Below are positions 35,951-51,565 of a stretch of DNA of 64,000 nucleotides, piece by piece (position 1 is the first letter of the stretch; every line of letters starts with the position of its first letter). The DNA is from Eledone cirrhosa (lineage: Eukaryota), in contig OZ024740.1 of NCBI GenBank assembly GCA_964016885.1, positions 239,940,001 to 240,004,000 of the forward strand. The letters are read 5' to 3'. The position numbers and the translations under genes are program-made. The notes under the pieces are model-generated. The model did not search any database and was not told where the DNA came from. It was given only the letters and a program-made list of their open reading frames with translations.

Positions 35951-37013
35951 TTGAAGGTGGGAAACTGGGAGAGGACAATTGGGAGAGGACAATTGCCCTG
36001 GTGGTCAGGGTCACCGTGGCTTTTTTTAATGGGCTTTCTCCACGATAGCCCTCGGAAGTCTCCCCCCCCCCCTATTGGGGAATTTTTCATTGTTCTTTTA
36101 TTACATCCTCTGTTTTTTTTGTTTTTTTTTACACGCAGAAATGCCCATTTGTACCGTCCTGTATTGTCCTGTACTGTCCTTAATGTCTACTTTATGTAAA
36201 CCCTTGTGGTTAATAAAGAAAACATTATTATTATATATATATTATTTTTATTATTATTATGTATATATATATTACGAAAGTCACTGAATTTATTTCAATG
36301 ACCTCCAACCATGGCTCACACACTCAGTGAGATAACAACTGTGCAGTTGATTGACTGCACGTTGCATTACAAAGTTAGTAAGTGAGTTTTATGGAAATGT
36401 TCTGGTATTAGTTACACTGAATAGTTCTCCTATGTTGTTTGTGCCTTGTTCTTGTGTATGTGTGTGTATTCGTGTACATTGAAGGGGATAACATATTTGT
36501 TGTTTATGCTATAGATCTGCTTGATCAAATCTGATCTGGAGTTACACAATGACAATAATATGTCCGTCACATTTTTTTTTTAATACTTTTCCCGATAATT
36601 CACTTTGAAACTAAATCTAATTCATACTTTTTGTATGAATGCTTTTTGCAGAAAACCCACTGTTTGTAGAATCTTATTAATACTGCTTATTAATACTAAT
36701 TATTAATACTAATGCTTGGATATGATAGATCTGAAAGATCAGGACGACATTAAACAAACACATTGTTCACAGTTCCTTAATACTACTGTACATAGCTAAA
36801 TGATAATTCTTGATGGAATAGTAAGGGCACCCTTGTGATATACGATGTGTCATGAGCATCTTTAACCTGGTTGTGCCTATCTTCTCTCTTGGTCTGAACA
36901 CAGTCGATTTCTTCCAGAGAAGGAGAGAGGGGTTGAGAAATAATCGACACCAGTAGTGGCCTGGACGTGTTAATGCCTCTACCAATTCGCTTCCTTTCCA
37001 TAATGGGACGAAT

Positions 37014-37160
37014 TGGCGGAGTAGTTAGTGAACGTTGCATTAAGAATGCTTCGGTATTTTCTCTGCTTCACTACGTTCTGAGTTCAAATCACGCCGATAT
37101 TGACTGTGTCTCTCATTCTTTAGAGAATTGATAAATAAAGTACTAGCCCATTACTGGGGT
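37014..37160 (+). mobile_element. Diverged copy of the tRNA-derived SINE
   Basis: TTCTGAGTTCAAATCACGCCG..TTGATAAATAAAGTACTAG. Confidence 0.6.
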
Positions 37161-37204
37161 TGGTTCTTTCCCCCTTCTCCCTGGAAAAACTCGGATGTAT
37201 TTCA

Positions 37205-37535
37205 ACCTGGAGAAGGATGGGTTACATCGAAAGCTTTCAAACCGTGGCTGTGAAGTGAATAAAGGCCTTGCCTTGGATGTTTCTCATTCTCTGAACAAGT
37301 ATCCAAAAATGAAGAATAGGTCAACATGAGCAAAGGCACTGCACAAAGCCAGTCAACATGAGCAAAGGCACTGCACAAAGCCAGTCCCACTCTCTTAACC
37401 AAGATGATATTTACCAAAAAGAAGAACAAGTCAACATCATTGGATACCATCAGAGTTGCAGGTGTTATATCAGAGTTTTCCTTCTCCTAGAATTCTGCCT
37501 TGACAAAGGCTAAGGGGTCATCTCTCCCGGTGATT

Positions 37536-37538
<3 letters not shown>
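37205..37538 (-). mobile_element. Possible RTE-clade 5' region remnant
   Basis: Minus strand CCTTTGTCAAGGCAGAATTCTAGGAGAAGGAAAACTCTGAT resembles RTE 5' UTRs as recalled; contains a 32-bp tandem duplication. Confidence 0.35.
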
Positions 37539-37567
<29 letters not shown>

Positions 37568-37622
37568 CATACATACATACATACATACATACATACATAC
37601 ATACATACATACATACATACAT

Positions 37623-38262
37623 CTACAACAATGTGGAAGACATATGAAAGAGTACTGGTGGAATGTTCCAGTAAAAACCCCAATAAAATGCAGGCATAAC
37701 AGACCAGATATTATGATATGGGACAGGGAGAAGAAAACATGCACAGTAGTGGAAATTAGCTGCCCAGCAGAAGCCAATATAATATCAAAGATTAGTGAAA
37801 AGGAGAATATTTATGCAGAACTGATGAGAAATCTGCAGATACGCCACCCTGATTACACCTTCAGATTTATGCCTGTGATTATTGGGGCACTGGGGTATGT
37901 TAGTAACTGCCTCAATACAAATCTTGAGAAGCTAGGCTTCACGGGAACAGAAAGAACACAACTAGTTAGGAAACTACAAGTACAATCCATTAATGGAACA
38001 GTAAAAATATGTAAAACATTCCAAAAATGTTGCATCTAATAACTGCATATACACATGTACAGATACAAAGCATATACAGATGCACACATACAACTCAAAA
38101 CATCCACATCCACACATACAATAACATCCATAGCTACACATGCATACATACATATCTACCTAGTTGATATTGTGTAAATTCCAATGAGAGAGTCTTGTGT
38201 CTATGTTAGAAACCGACTCTCTCTTTATTGGTAAAACTTTGTGAAATTATAAAACCAGAAGA
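37623..38262 (+). mobile_element. 5'-truncated R4/Dong-like element (RLE domain + 3' UTR) in (CATA)n
   Basis: NRPDIMIWD..VVEISCP..KISEKENIY..PVIIGALG; near-duplicate of 41299-41947; (CATA)n on both sides. Confidence 0.88.
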
Positions 38263-38311
38263 ACATACATACATACATACATACATACATACATACATAC
38301 ATACATACATA

Positions 38312-41300
38312 GACAGTCAACACGATCAGTCGCATATTTGGGCGTGGGAGACTATTTAGTACATTTAAGATGAATACTATCTCCGACAGTACTGTCAGGT
38401 TGAATAACTGGTTATAACTATATCTTCTGAAGACACCTTTTATTCGAATTCGTAGAGATATCCGACTAAATAAATAATTCATTTTACAAGGATTTGCTAC
38501 AAACAGGATGGCTGAACACAACATCAACAACAAAATTAAGGAAGTACCGAAGACAAATAACAAGGAAGGTAATCAAACTTTATTCAGTTTTAGCTACAGA
38601 AGAAACCGAAATTATAAATCGCATTTCTCCTTGGAGTTGCGAACTTAATACTGATTTATTTAATTGTTATAAAATGGCAAAAAACAATCCCTCCATTGGC
38701 TATATGAATAGAATGAAGCTACACTGGGACGAAATGCACCCAGAGCTAAATTATTTCACAGCAAAACAATTACGCCAACAAGTGACGTTTTTTTAACGTA
38801 AAAATAAGATAAATGTTATTAATTGTAAGTCCCCCACAACAAACATGTTATCAACAACACGTGCTACAGGTCGCCATGCTACTAGACTTCCTAGCAGCCA
38901 GGTCGAACAGCGTCTTGAAACAACTATGCCTGTAAGAAACTTGACACCACCTATACCATCTAAGTCTACCTCGAATGCTGGGGAAAACACTATCGATAAT
39001 AATAATAATCGAAGAAAATTGACACCACGTATACCATCCGAGTCTACCTCGACTGTTGTGGAAAATACTATCGATAATGATAATCAAAAGTATAAACAAT
39101 TGAACATTTCCCTCAACGAAATCTTCCAGAGAGAAATTAACTCATGTATAAATATCTCTCTGGCTGAACGTATTAAAACAACAATATTTAACAAAAAGAC
39201 AAATAATGAAATATTACGTGTTATTGACGAAATAGGGGATGAATATTTACGACGGATAAAAACCCCAACATTTTGGCAAATCAACGCCTGTTTATATGCC
39301 TTAGCAATGACAGTGAAGCATTATCTTGGTGATAGCAGAGATATTAACAAGAACAAAACACCACCAAAAATACCATCATATATAACTAAAATAAAAAAAA
39401 GAGTGCTGACCTACGAAAAAACATAGGACATGTGACAATGCTCCTTACATGCAAACAAACACACAAAAAACCTCACTCCACACCAACAAGGAGTGAAAAA
39501 TAAAATAGAGACGATGTTTGGTAACAGTAGAACCAGAACTCTCCAATATAAGCTCCAAGAATTGAGAGCTGTTAGCGAAAAACGCCGATACCTGACGAAG
39601 GTAGATGAAAGAAAAGTGCTTAATAAAAGATTCAGACGAAACCAAACATCAGTCTATAGAGATATGAAGGGAAAAATAATAAGTGTCACTGAAGCCCCAT
39701 CCCAGAAAGACATAGATTCCTTTTGGAAAAAAATATGGGGTGAAAAGAAGAATTTCAACGAAGATGCAGTGTGGCTAAAAGAAATGCGAAAGAACTATTG
39801 CTCCTACACTACAACAAAAACATACGAAATAAGTGAGGGTACCCTTGAGATTGTGATAGGAAAACTCCAAGATAAGAAAACACCAGGAAGAGACATGGTT
39901 GTCGGCTAATGGTACAAAGAACTGATATTTTATCGAAGCTATCTTACTGACCTCTACCAACAAGTTCTTAAGGGAGATACACTTATACCAGAATGGTTGA
40001 CATTAGCACAAACATTACTGGTCCCCAAGAACAAAGACACCCACTTGGCACAAAAACTACCGACCCATTGCATGCCAGAACCTGATGTATAAGATCTATA
40101 CATCCTGCCTGAACCTATTCCTCCAAGATCACTGTGAAAATAATAACATCATCACAGATGAACAAGCAGCTGGAAAGAAAGGGTTTTGGAGATGTGCTGA
40201 ACAACTAATCAACAAAACTGCGATGTCGGAGGTGCGACAACTTAGGAGGAATATGGCTACAGTCTGACTGGACTACAGGAAAGCTTTCGATTCTGATCTC
40301 CACTCATTGGATGATAGAGGCCCTACAACTTGCTAAAGTCCCAGATAGTATTATCAGGGCCATAGAGAAGCTGTCTTCTTCCTGGGCTACTATCCTAAGG
40401 TTAAAGACAGAGAATGAAAACTCTATTTTCACTGATAAAATAAAATATCGCAGGGGTTTATTTCAGGGAGACAGTCTCTCTGTGATATTATTCATCCTGT
40501 CATTAAACTCTTTGTCCTTTCTGCTCAAGAAATGTGATGGATACATCATTGGCTCACAGGAGGACAGAAATACGAACCTAACGCACAATTTCTTTGTGGA
40601 TTATCTGAAACTCTATGCCAAGATCATGGATGGGATGAAGAAAAATCTTGACTTGGTTACAGCGTTTTCAAAGGATATAGGAATGGAGTTTGGCCAAGAT
40701 AAATGCTCATATATGACCGTAAAGCGGGGAAAAACAACAACCCAATCTAGCAACATTGTCATCAATGGCCTAACTGTTTCACCGATATCTGATGAGGACT
40801 GCTACAGATACCTGGGGATGGATGAGAACATATCCTATAATGAAAATCTGTAATAAGGAACGCGTATACAGGGAATACTACACCCGATTAAGAAAGATTT
40901 GATCATCGGAACTCTCTACGCAAAACAAATTAGTGGGTCATAATGTGTTTGCTGTGCCTGTCCTAACATCAATGAGAGTAATATAGATAAGGAAAGTAGT
41001 CTATCTTGGACCAACAACCGCTATATTGGCTCCCACTTTGAAAGATACGCTTTTGCAATCCCCAAAAAAGGAAATTAACACGAAATACCTGATTCACAAA
41101 AGTAATAGGGATGCAGGCAAAACAGCTAGATGTGATAACAAGTGCAGACTCAGAAGAATTACCATCGAAGATGTCACCCATGTCATCAGTAGCTGTGTAA
41201 ATATGTCACTATCTACCTATGACGCATGATTTAGTGGCCAAAACACTGTACAATGCAATCCGTAGAAAATATAGCCTCGATAATAAACACATTAAAAGCT

Positions 41301-41947
41301 ACAGCAATGTGGAAGACATCCATATACATAATATGAAAGAGTACTGGTAGAATGTTCCAGTAAAAACCCCAATAAAATGCAGGTATAACAGACCAGATAT
41401 TATGATATGGGACAGGAAGAAGAAAACATGCACAGTAGTGGAAATTAGCTGCCCAGCAGATGCCAATATAATATCAAAGATTAGCAAAAAGGAGAATATT
41501 TATGCAGAACTGATGAGAAATCTGATTACACCTTCAGATTTATTCCTGTAATTATTGGGGCATTGGGGTGTGTTAGTAACTGCCTCAATACAAATCTCGA
41601 GAAGCTAGGCTTCACAGGAACAGAAAGAACACAACTAGTTAGAAAATTACAAGTACAATCCAGTAAAAATATGTAAAACATTCCAAAGATTTAATAACTG
41701 CATATTTAATAACCAAAGATCTAATAACTGCATATACACATGTACAGATACAAAGCATATACACATGCACACATACAACTCAAAACATACACATCCACAC
41801 ATACAATAACATCCATATCTACACATGCATGCATACATACCTACCTAGTTGATGTTGTGTAAATTCCAATGAGAGAGTCTTGTGTCTATGTTAGAAACCG
41901 ACTCTCTCTCCATTGGAAAAAATTTGTGAAATTATAAAACCAGAAGT
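38312..41947 (+). mobile_element. Decayed near full-length R4/Dong-clade RT-RLE retrotransposon
   Basis: N-terminal W..ELN..L..CY..GYMNRM..W domain; KTPGRD, LDYRKAFDS, RGLFQGDSLS, FVDYLKLY, YRYLG; CRL..EDVTHVISSC; RPD..EISCP. Many stops and a deletion; flanked by (CATA)n. Confidence 0.88.
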
Positions 41948-42394
41948 ACATACATATATAAATAAACTCATTTTTTTCTGTTTTCGTTTAGAACGAAATA
42001 TAAAAATTCTGGTATATGTTCAACTAGACATGATTTATGTACCGACAGCTTATATACTGATCTGAATGCATATATTCAGGTTTTACCTTTTTAATATTAA
42101 AATTAAATTCCTGATCAGTTATGACAACTGATAATTCAATCTGTCAGAATACTTGAGGCAGATATATTCAAAAGTTATATTCTCTGCTTTCATAGAATCG
42201 TTTGATCAATCAATAATTATATTATATTAATGTAATGCTCCACGAGCTCATTTTCTCTCAAATTACCAAATTAATTGCAGCTCAGGCATTCAATGTCAAC
42301 TACTCTTATCAAATAATGTCTCACCCCGATCCGCCTGAGACAGCTAGGCAGGTGCCTGAAACTATATTCTAGTTATCACCCGACGGCCTCAGCC

Positions 42395-42800
42395 GAAATG
42401 GACTCAACAAGTGATTTTCACGTGGGTCTGTCGTTCATTGCCGCTGCCAAGTCCTGGATTTCAATAGCAGAATCTCTGGAGATGGCATCGGGGTAGGAGA
42501 GCTTGCGCCCCCTGTTATTAGTGACTGCTTGTGATTTCCAAAGCACTAATGGGGACACAGCCTCATAGGTGGCACGATGGCAGTGGCCAGCAAATCTTAC
42601 TCTCCATTTATGTACAACGACAGATATGCATGGGAGGCTGGCATATATCTCTCTCAAAGGCAGATGATGCCAGCTTATGTTCTGAATGCGTTAAGGCAAC
42701 GTCATCAAGGTGCTTTTGTTGTTTGGATGAAAGTATCCATGTTTCCCTTCCATACAGCAAGATTCGTTGAATTGTTACTTGAAAGTTATATTCCTTCACG
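42395..42800 (-). mobile_element. RTE-clade LINE 3' remnant
   Basis: LLYGRETWIL, RVRFAGHCHRA..VSPLVLWK..GRKLSYPDAISRD..AMNDR. Confidence 0.7.
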
Positions 42801-43499
42801 TCCTGTAAATAATTTTGCTGTAGCTGTATCTTCAATTATGCAGCTTATATACCACAAGGAAATCCATCACCATCACCAATTGGAATAGGTTTACTTGAAA
42901 AAAAATAATCCTGTGAAATGTCAATGGGGAAATTCAACGAATTGTTCACGTATGACCAACAAACATTTCTTTCCACTAATTTCAGGAGCTCTTTGCTTAC
43001 TTGTCATAATCCTTTCACCTACCATCGTGAATTTCAGTTATCGTATACATATAATAAGTATTCTATCAGTCTACCCAGCATATTTTCTTTAGCCTACTTG
43101 CTTTACCGGCATCACAACTTCTACCAGTTTATTTTTCGGTCACTTAAGCCCAACAAGTTTAGATATTGCTCCAACAATTAAATTCAGAACCTTACATTAT
43201 TCTCTGAACACTGTTCTCATCAAGCTCTGCGGACTTTTTCCTCTTATGTATATTTATCCTATATTAGGGTAATAAGTTGAACTCTATCCTATGTCCTAGT
43301 ATAGCAACCTGAAATAACATTTGAAATATTGTTTAATCACTTTTACTTTCAGTGCTTCAAAAGTGATGAAATGATCACCTTGAAGTCCTTTCTCTTTTTA
43401 TCGAACAGTATTACATATTGAGTAGGGCATTATTCATTGGAGTCATGTTCTCTTTGATTACACATACATGTTCTCATACTCATGAAATGAAAGATAAAG

Positions 43500-43725
43500 T
43501 TAAAGTAGAGATATACACTTGTTGACTTTGACAAGTCTCTAACAGCGTCTACTATGAGAATATTCAATAAAATATCTCTTCATATGAGTCCCACCCACCA
43601 CTTATCAGCTGGATAGAAAATGTACTAGCAGCTGTTTCAATAATTATCAATTTTACATATACTTTTGTATTATCTCTGTTGTGCCTCAGAGTTTTGCTGC
43701 CCGCTTTTTCGTATGCATTAGACCT
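43500..43725 (+). pseudogene. Very old LINE RT remnant (CR1/L2-like)
   Basis: Degenerate VDFDKS, SWIENVL and VVPQS..FFVCI motifs in the expected order. Confidence 0.3.
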
Positions 43726-44843
43726 CAGCCAATTCCAACGATGAATGTTTCAGTTTGTTTAACAACGGAACAACCTGCCCATGAAATCAACATGCAAGTT
43801 GCTGAGCATGGATATTCAGGATCACATTGAAAGAAATGACTACAACTTCACCAACTTGATATCATTTCCCTGAAACACTCTCTTCTCACTTGACTCGAAT
43901 TTACATTCTGGTCGGTATATCTTAGCGACGAAACTTATTCTGAAAACACTGCTCAAATATTCCATGTCCGACTGCTATGTCAAGACAGAAAATCAACTAT
44001 ATCAATCTAACAAAGAACCCTCGACTTCGAAAGACAATTTATACAGCCTAATAAAAAAGACAAAGAACTTTGTTCTAAAATTACTTAACTCACACGGAAA
44101 TAGATGTGCGTAAATCACTTTTAACAACAGGGTCTTGAGCTGGCATTATAATTTTCATCTTTCTAACATAAGCACAAAGCCACACATCTTTGAGGAAAGT
44201 TATGTAGTCAGTTTAATTAAATATCTGTATTTCATCTACCCCAATAGGATAAAAAGCAAATAACATATCAGCGAGATTTGAACTCACAACACAACTAAAT
44301 ATATCAAGAAGTTTTTTTCTGATGCTTTACCAATCACTAAATTATTATTTGATCCAGCATTTCTCGCATATTCAATTTCTTCAGCCATTTTAACATTCAT
44401 ATCTTTTCCATTTCTAATCAAGTTAATAACTAAATATTCTATTCATTATCTCCAGAACAGGATCAGCATCAATCAAAGTAATTAACCTTATGCTATATTC
44501 CCTTACAGATTTTGTGCTTTTAATTACATATATTATCAGTTATTCTAATCACTGTCAATGATTTAACATGGCTGTCTTCGTGACGTAATACTTTTGTTTG
44601 CCAATTTGACGGAATTGTTAGACTGTCAGACAGACTATAGTCCAGCTTTTGCTTACCGTCTGAGTTTAAATCTCGCCGAATTTAACTTTGCTTTCCATCT
44701 TTCCAGAGTCGATAGATAAATACCATTCAAGGGCGGCGGTCAGGCGGGATTCCTTGCGATATTTGTTCAAGCTCTTTGAGTTGGGCGTTCAAATTGGTCA
44801 TGGATGGAGACGACTACAGAGAAAGAGAGAGAGACAGAGTGTG

Positions 44844-44945
<102 letters not shown>

Positions 44946-45831
44946 CTACAATGATATAAAATGACATTAAAAATTAAGTCAATTATCTACCATTCTGATG
45001 TTACCTGCTGACTGAAGTGAAAATATCGTACCTTTTATGCTTCATCAATATCAGGGATTTTGCGGGAATATTTGTCAAATCAAATTGCACGAAATTACTG
45101 GAAATTCTTTTTAAAATGTCCGTTGGTGTCCAAATTAAGCAACAATTGTGTGTTGTCGTTGCAGAATTTTGAAAAGATCTTGTGAAATGTCAACTATATG
45201 ATCAATGGAATTGTGTTGAATAAATAAATAATACACAGCAGGAAATTGATTAAAGTTATCAATTTCATTACGCTTTTATGTGTGGTAGAATTTGTAATGA
45301 GAGTTATCGACTTAAATTGTTTAATCGATATTTACATGGTGAGTACATTTTGTTAGGCTTTGTTTGGTTGTATTTACCTACGCCATCTGTTTATACAGTC
45401 CACATCTATAGGTGTTGATTATACAGAGTTACAAGGTGGTATCTATCCTTTAGTTTGTCTGTTTTCTCACTCTTCTTGCAACTTCATTCATCATGTTGAC
45501 ATAAAACATTTGAATTTGTCTATAAACTCTGACTACGAGAAGAAATAATAGAGTTCAATAGAGAGTGGGCTTGAGCATCCATCATATAGTTACTGGTGGC
45601 ACGTAATGGGAACAAATAGCATAAGTATCATCAATAAAATAAACTGTCAATAAAAAGGCCTTAACACCACGAGACTATGTGTAAAGATTTTTGAAACCAA
45701 AATGTATTCGCTTGTAAATGTATGTGTATGTGTGTGTACGCGCGCACACACACACACATACACATACACATACATATATATACATATATACATATATACA
45801 TATATATATAAATATATATATATATAAATAT

Positions 45832-45955
<124 letters not shown>

Positions 45956-46511
45956 GAAAGGTATAGAAAGTATTGTAGCAAGAAGCCAACAGTATTCCAT
46001 AATATATAAGTGACTATAGCGTCAAAATGGGAAAATAGTTAACGTAAGATGTGGGAAAAATAATTCAAACACAATTCAAAAAGAATCAGGATATAAATTT
46101 ATCCAACAGAATTTAGTGAAATCCAGGGAAAAATCTATAGAGCCTTAACTCATGATAAAATAAACTTTAAAATATTCATCCTTCAATTTGGGACAACTAC
46201 AAATGCTCTGTATATTCTTGAAAAAGACTATTTCACGTAAACTTTCAGTGGAGATGGTCACGGTTGGAATACGATCCTCAGCAGAGCTCAACACGATAGC
46301 CAGATTCTCACTGATTAATATGCCAAAAAGGGCATCTAAAAGCAGGCTAGTTTACCATCATGCGTGATTATGAAAATAAAACGCACATGTGGAAAAACAG
46401 GGCTGGTGACGTCAGAATGAGACGAATGTTTGTTTACATGAAACAACAGTCAAAAACATTCCGAAAAAAACTCTACAATAAGGAGTTCAGCAAAAAGCAA
46501 TATTATCGCGG

Positions 46512-46542
<31 letters not shown>

Positions 46543-46618
46543 ACCGGGATTAGTCACAAATAATTTAAGCACTCTAGGAAAGAAATCCGAGTATAAATAT
46601 ATAAAATATATATATATG

Positions 46619-46668
<50 letters not shown>

Positions 46669-46686
46669 AAAATATATATATATATT

Positions 46687-46911
46687 TATATGAAAAACGT
46701 AAAATATGAAAATTATAGTAATTAGCTTACTTACTTAAATTTCACTCCAACTAATTAGTTTCTGAAAGGGAATATACATACTCTCCAAAAGATTTCTGCA
46801 TGTCTCCATTTGGAGACTATGTATATTCCCTTTCAGAAAATAATTAGTTGTAGTGAAATTTAAGTAGGTAAGCTAATTACTATTATTTTCTTATTTTACG
46901 TTTTTCATATA
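46687..46911. repeat. About 100-bp-arm fold-back palindrome next to (TA)n
   Basis: Arms 46687-46789 and 46809-46911. Confidence 0.85.
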
Positions 46912-47026
46912 ATTGTTCTGCATCCCCTTGCATTGAACCACAAAGTTACTAAGACAAAACCTATATATTTGCTTGCATAGGTATACATCTGTGAATATAT
47001 ATGTTGGTAGATATACTAATTCTTTA

Positions 47027-47153
<127 letters not shown>

Positions 47154-47192
47154 GTATATATATTTATATATATATGTATATTATCTGTGTGG

Positions 47193-47239
<47 letters not shown>

Positions 47240-47277
47240 TATATATATAAATATATATATATAAATATATATATATA

Positions 47278-47311
<34 letters not shown>

Positions 47312-47452
47312 TAGTATGCTAGGGAAAGGATCAGGGGTGTATAACACTCCACTTATCCAGCAGGCAGTATGAGGTTAGCTCAATGTAAGGACAGAGCCGT
47401 AATATAATAAATAAATAACAAAGAACGCTTATAGCATATGCATATCTTTACT

Positions 47453-47498
47453 TGCTAACATTGTTTCTTCCGCACTATAAGTGGGACTCATCAGAGCA
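47453..47498 (-). ncRNA. Minimal hammerhead motif (mirror copy)
   Basis: Reverse complement of 50339-50384 with one change at the base of stem II. Confidence 0.6.
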
Positions 47499-48175
47499 TA
47501 AAGGTTAATTACATACCATACAAGCAATAACAAATCCAAGACATTGAAGAATGAAAGGTAATAATAGACGATAGAGGATAAGAATAAAAATAAAAATAAA
47601 AGTAAAAATAAAAATAAAAATAAAAATAAGGGGTGCTATCAGTCACAGTTGGGCGGGGTGCTGTCAACATATAGTTACATACAAGCATACACATGGATAA
47701 GAGTACAGACAAGAGTAGACACATGGATAAGAGAACAGACAAGAGTAGATAAGATAATGGGATTAGGTAAGAGTAGGTAAAAAATAGGTAAAAAATAGGT
47801 GAAAAACAGACTTATAATATATATAAAAAGAAATACAAAGAAATACATAACAAACTTACATATAAAATATAAAATATAGGGTAAGGAATGAGATAAAATA
47901 ATATAAAATTAAAAATTAAAAATTATATACATAGAACATAATATAGTATAATCGTAAAATAAGATAAAATAAGGTAAACTAAAATCAAATAACATAGACT
48001 AAATTAAAATAATATAATATAAGATATAATTAAATGTATAATTAAATGTAATTAAATGTAATTAAATAAAATAAAATAAATAAATAAATAAATAAATAAA
48101 AATTAAATAAATAAATAAAATTAAAATTTAAATTTTAAAATTTAAAAATTTTAAAATTAAAATTTAAATTTAAAT

Positions 48176-48215
<40 letters not shown>

Positions 48216-49625
48216 ATGGAGTCAAGTAAGTAAATAAATAAAATTAGATAACATGAAATGAAATAAAATGAAATAAAGTAAATTGAGATAAGATATATAT
48301 TTTTTTAGAATATATCTCTTGAATATATCAGGGGCCCACGAAGGCACTAAATGTCACAGTTATGTGTATCACTTGACCAATTTTTTAAAATATATTTCAT
48401 GAAAACATCAGGGGCCCACTAAGGCACTAAGTGTCACAGTCACCAGTATCACTTGACCATTGCAAGGCAATGGAGGCGTCCCAGGTTGGGCAGTCTCGAA
48501 AGTTCACTCGAAAGTCATGGGTGTGCATTCACACAGTTGAGCGGTGGGGTAATCACAAACCGGTTCACACACGGGCAGGAGTCAATTGGTCAGAGAGGTG
48601 CATCGAAGGAGGTAGAAGAATTCACATGCATTAGCAAGCGAGGTGAGGTTAAAGCAAGCAGACACAGTTGTAGCGCATACAAAATATATATAAAAAGACA
48701 GAAGATATATAAAAAGCCATTAAGTCACCGCATTGGGACATCACAAGATTGTACACATCAATATGTTCAGCACGTATATGCACGTATACACACCACATGC
48801 ATATGCAGAGACGGTATACATATATATATATATATATATTTTTTATATATACACAGACACATATAACCACCTACACCCATACACATATAAATGTATACAC
48901 GGACACACACGCACACACACACAGCGTAGGACACCCGGGTCAAAGCCGATATTAAATACGATATTAAATACGATATTAAACACCGAAATACCACATTAGA
49001 CCAGACCCACCACCACAGGTAATATATTCAAAACAAATACATACGATGAGATGTATTAAAATAAAGTTGAAATCCTACGGAGATATTCATGTCTGCACGT
49101 GCCATTGACCGATTCAAGTGTACACAGACCGTTAGTAACTACGGAGGGCCATCGGGGCCAAAACGTTACTTTCGGGATCATAAAAACGACCGTCAATATA
49201 TGGAAGGCCGATCGTGCTAGAAAGACTACCTCCTTCGATGCACCTCTCTGACCAATTGACTCCTGCCCGTGTGTGAACCGGTTTGTGATTACCCCACCGC
49301 TCAACTGTGTGAATGCACACCCATGACTTTCGAGTGAACTTTCGAGACTGCCCAACCTGGGACGCCTCCATTGCCTTGCAATGGTCAAGTGATACTGGTG
49401 ACTGTGACACTTAGTGCCTTAGTGGGCCCCTGATGTTTTCATGAAATATATTTTAAAAAATTGGTCAAGTGATACACATAACTGTGACATTTAGTGCCTT
49501 CGTGGGCCCCTGATATATTCAAGAGATATATTCTAAAAAAATATATATCTTATCTCAATTTACTTTATTTCATTTTATTTCATTTCATGTTATCTAATTT
49601 TATTTATTTACTTACTTGACTCCAT

Positions 49626-49661
<36 letters not shown>

Positions 49662-50338
49662 ATTTAAATTTAAATTTTAATTTTAAAATTTTAAAATTTT
49701 AAAATTTAAATTTTAATTTTATTTATTTATTTAATTTTTATTTATTTATTTATTTATTTATTTTATTTTATTTTATTACATTTAATTACATTTAATTATA
49801 CATTTAATTATATCTTATATTATATTATTTTAATTTAGTCTATGTTATTTGATTTTAGTTTACCTTATTTTATCTTATTTTACGATTATACTATATTATG
49901 TTCTATGTATATAATTTTTAATTTTTAATTTTATATTATTTTATCTCATTCCTTACCCTATATTTTATATTTTATATGTAAGTTTGTTATGTATTTCTTT
50001 GTATTTCTTTTTATATATATTATAAGTCTGTTTTTCACCTATTTTTTACCTATTTTTTACCTACTCTTACCTAATCCCATTATCTTATCTACTCTTGTCT
50101 GTTCTCTTATCCATGTGTCTACTCTTGTCTGTACTCTTATCCATGTGTATGCTTGTATGTAACTATATGTTGACAGCACCCCGCCCAACTGTGACTGATA
50201 GCACCCCTTATTTTTATTTTTATTTTTATTTTTACTTTTATTTTTATTTTTATTCTTATCCTCTATCGTCTATTATTACCTTTCATTCTTCAATGTCTTG
50301 GATTTGTTATTGCTTGTATGGTATGTAATTAACCTTTA

Positions 50339-50384
50339 TGCTCTGATGAGTCCCACTTATAGTGCGGATGAAACAATGTTAGCA
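50339..50384 (+). ncRNA. Minimal type I hammerhead motif
   Basis: TGCT-CTGATGA-GTCC-CAC-TTATA-GTG-C-GGAT-GAAA-C-AAT-G-TT-AGCA. Confidence 0.7.
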
Positions 50385-50458
50385 AGTAAAGATATGCATA
50401 TGCTATAAGCGTTCTTTGTTATTTATTTATTATATATATATTTATATATATATATATA

Positions 50459-50562
<104 letters not shown>

Positions 50563-50571
50563 AGTGTGTGT

Positions 50572-50694
<123 letters not shown>

Positions 50695-50707
50695 TGTATA
50701 CATCGTT

Positions 50708-51565
<858 letters not shown>

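Larger units (their letters stand above)
31304..36222 (+). mobile_element. Decayed near full-length Tx1 element (different family) in (ATT)n
   Basis: ORF1 and ORF2 remnants homologous to copies 1 and 2; 3' end GTGGTTAATAAAGAAAAC followed by ATTATTATT; (ATT)n upstream. Confidence 0.88.
47402..50435. repeat. 1.2-kb near-perfect inverted repeat, probable PLE with inverted pseudo-LTR
   Basis: Arms 47402-48615 and 49226-50435, 610-bp spacer, hammerhead near each outer end, microsatellite flanks. Confidence 0.9.

Noticed and set aside
48947-48984. Three tandem CGATATTAAA(TA) units as a CRISPR-like or regulatory array
   Set aside because: It is a simple 12-bp tandem repeat without spacers, in a eukaryotic context.
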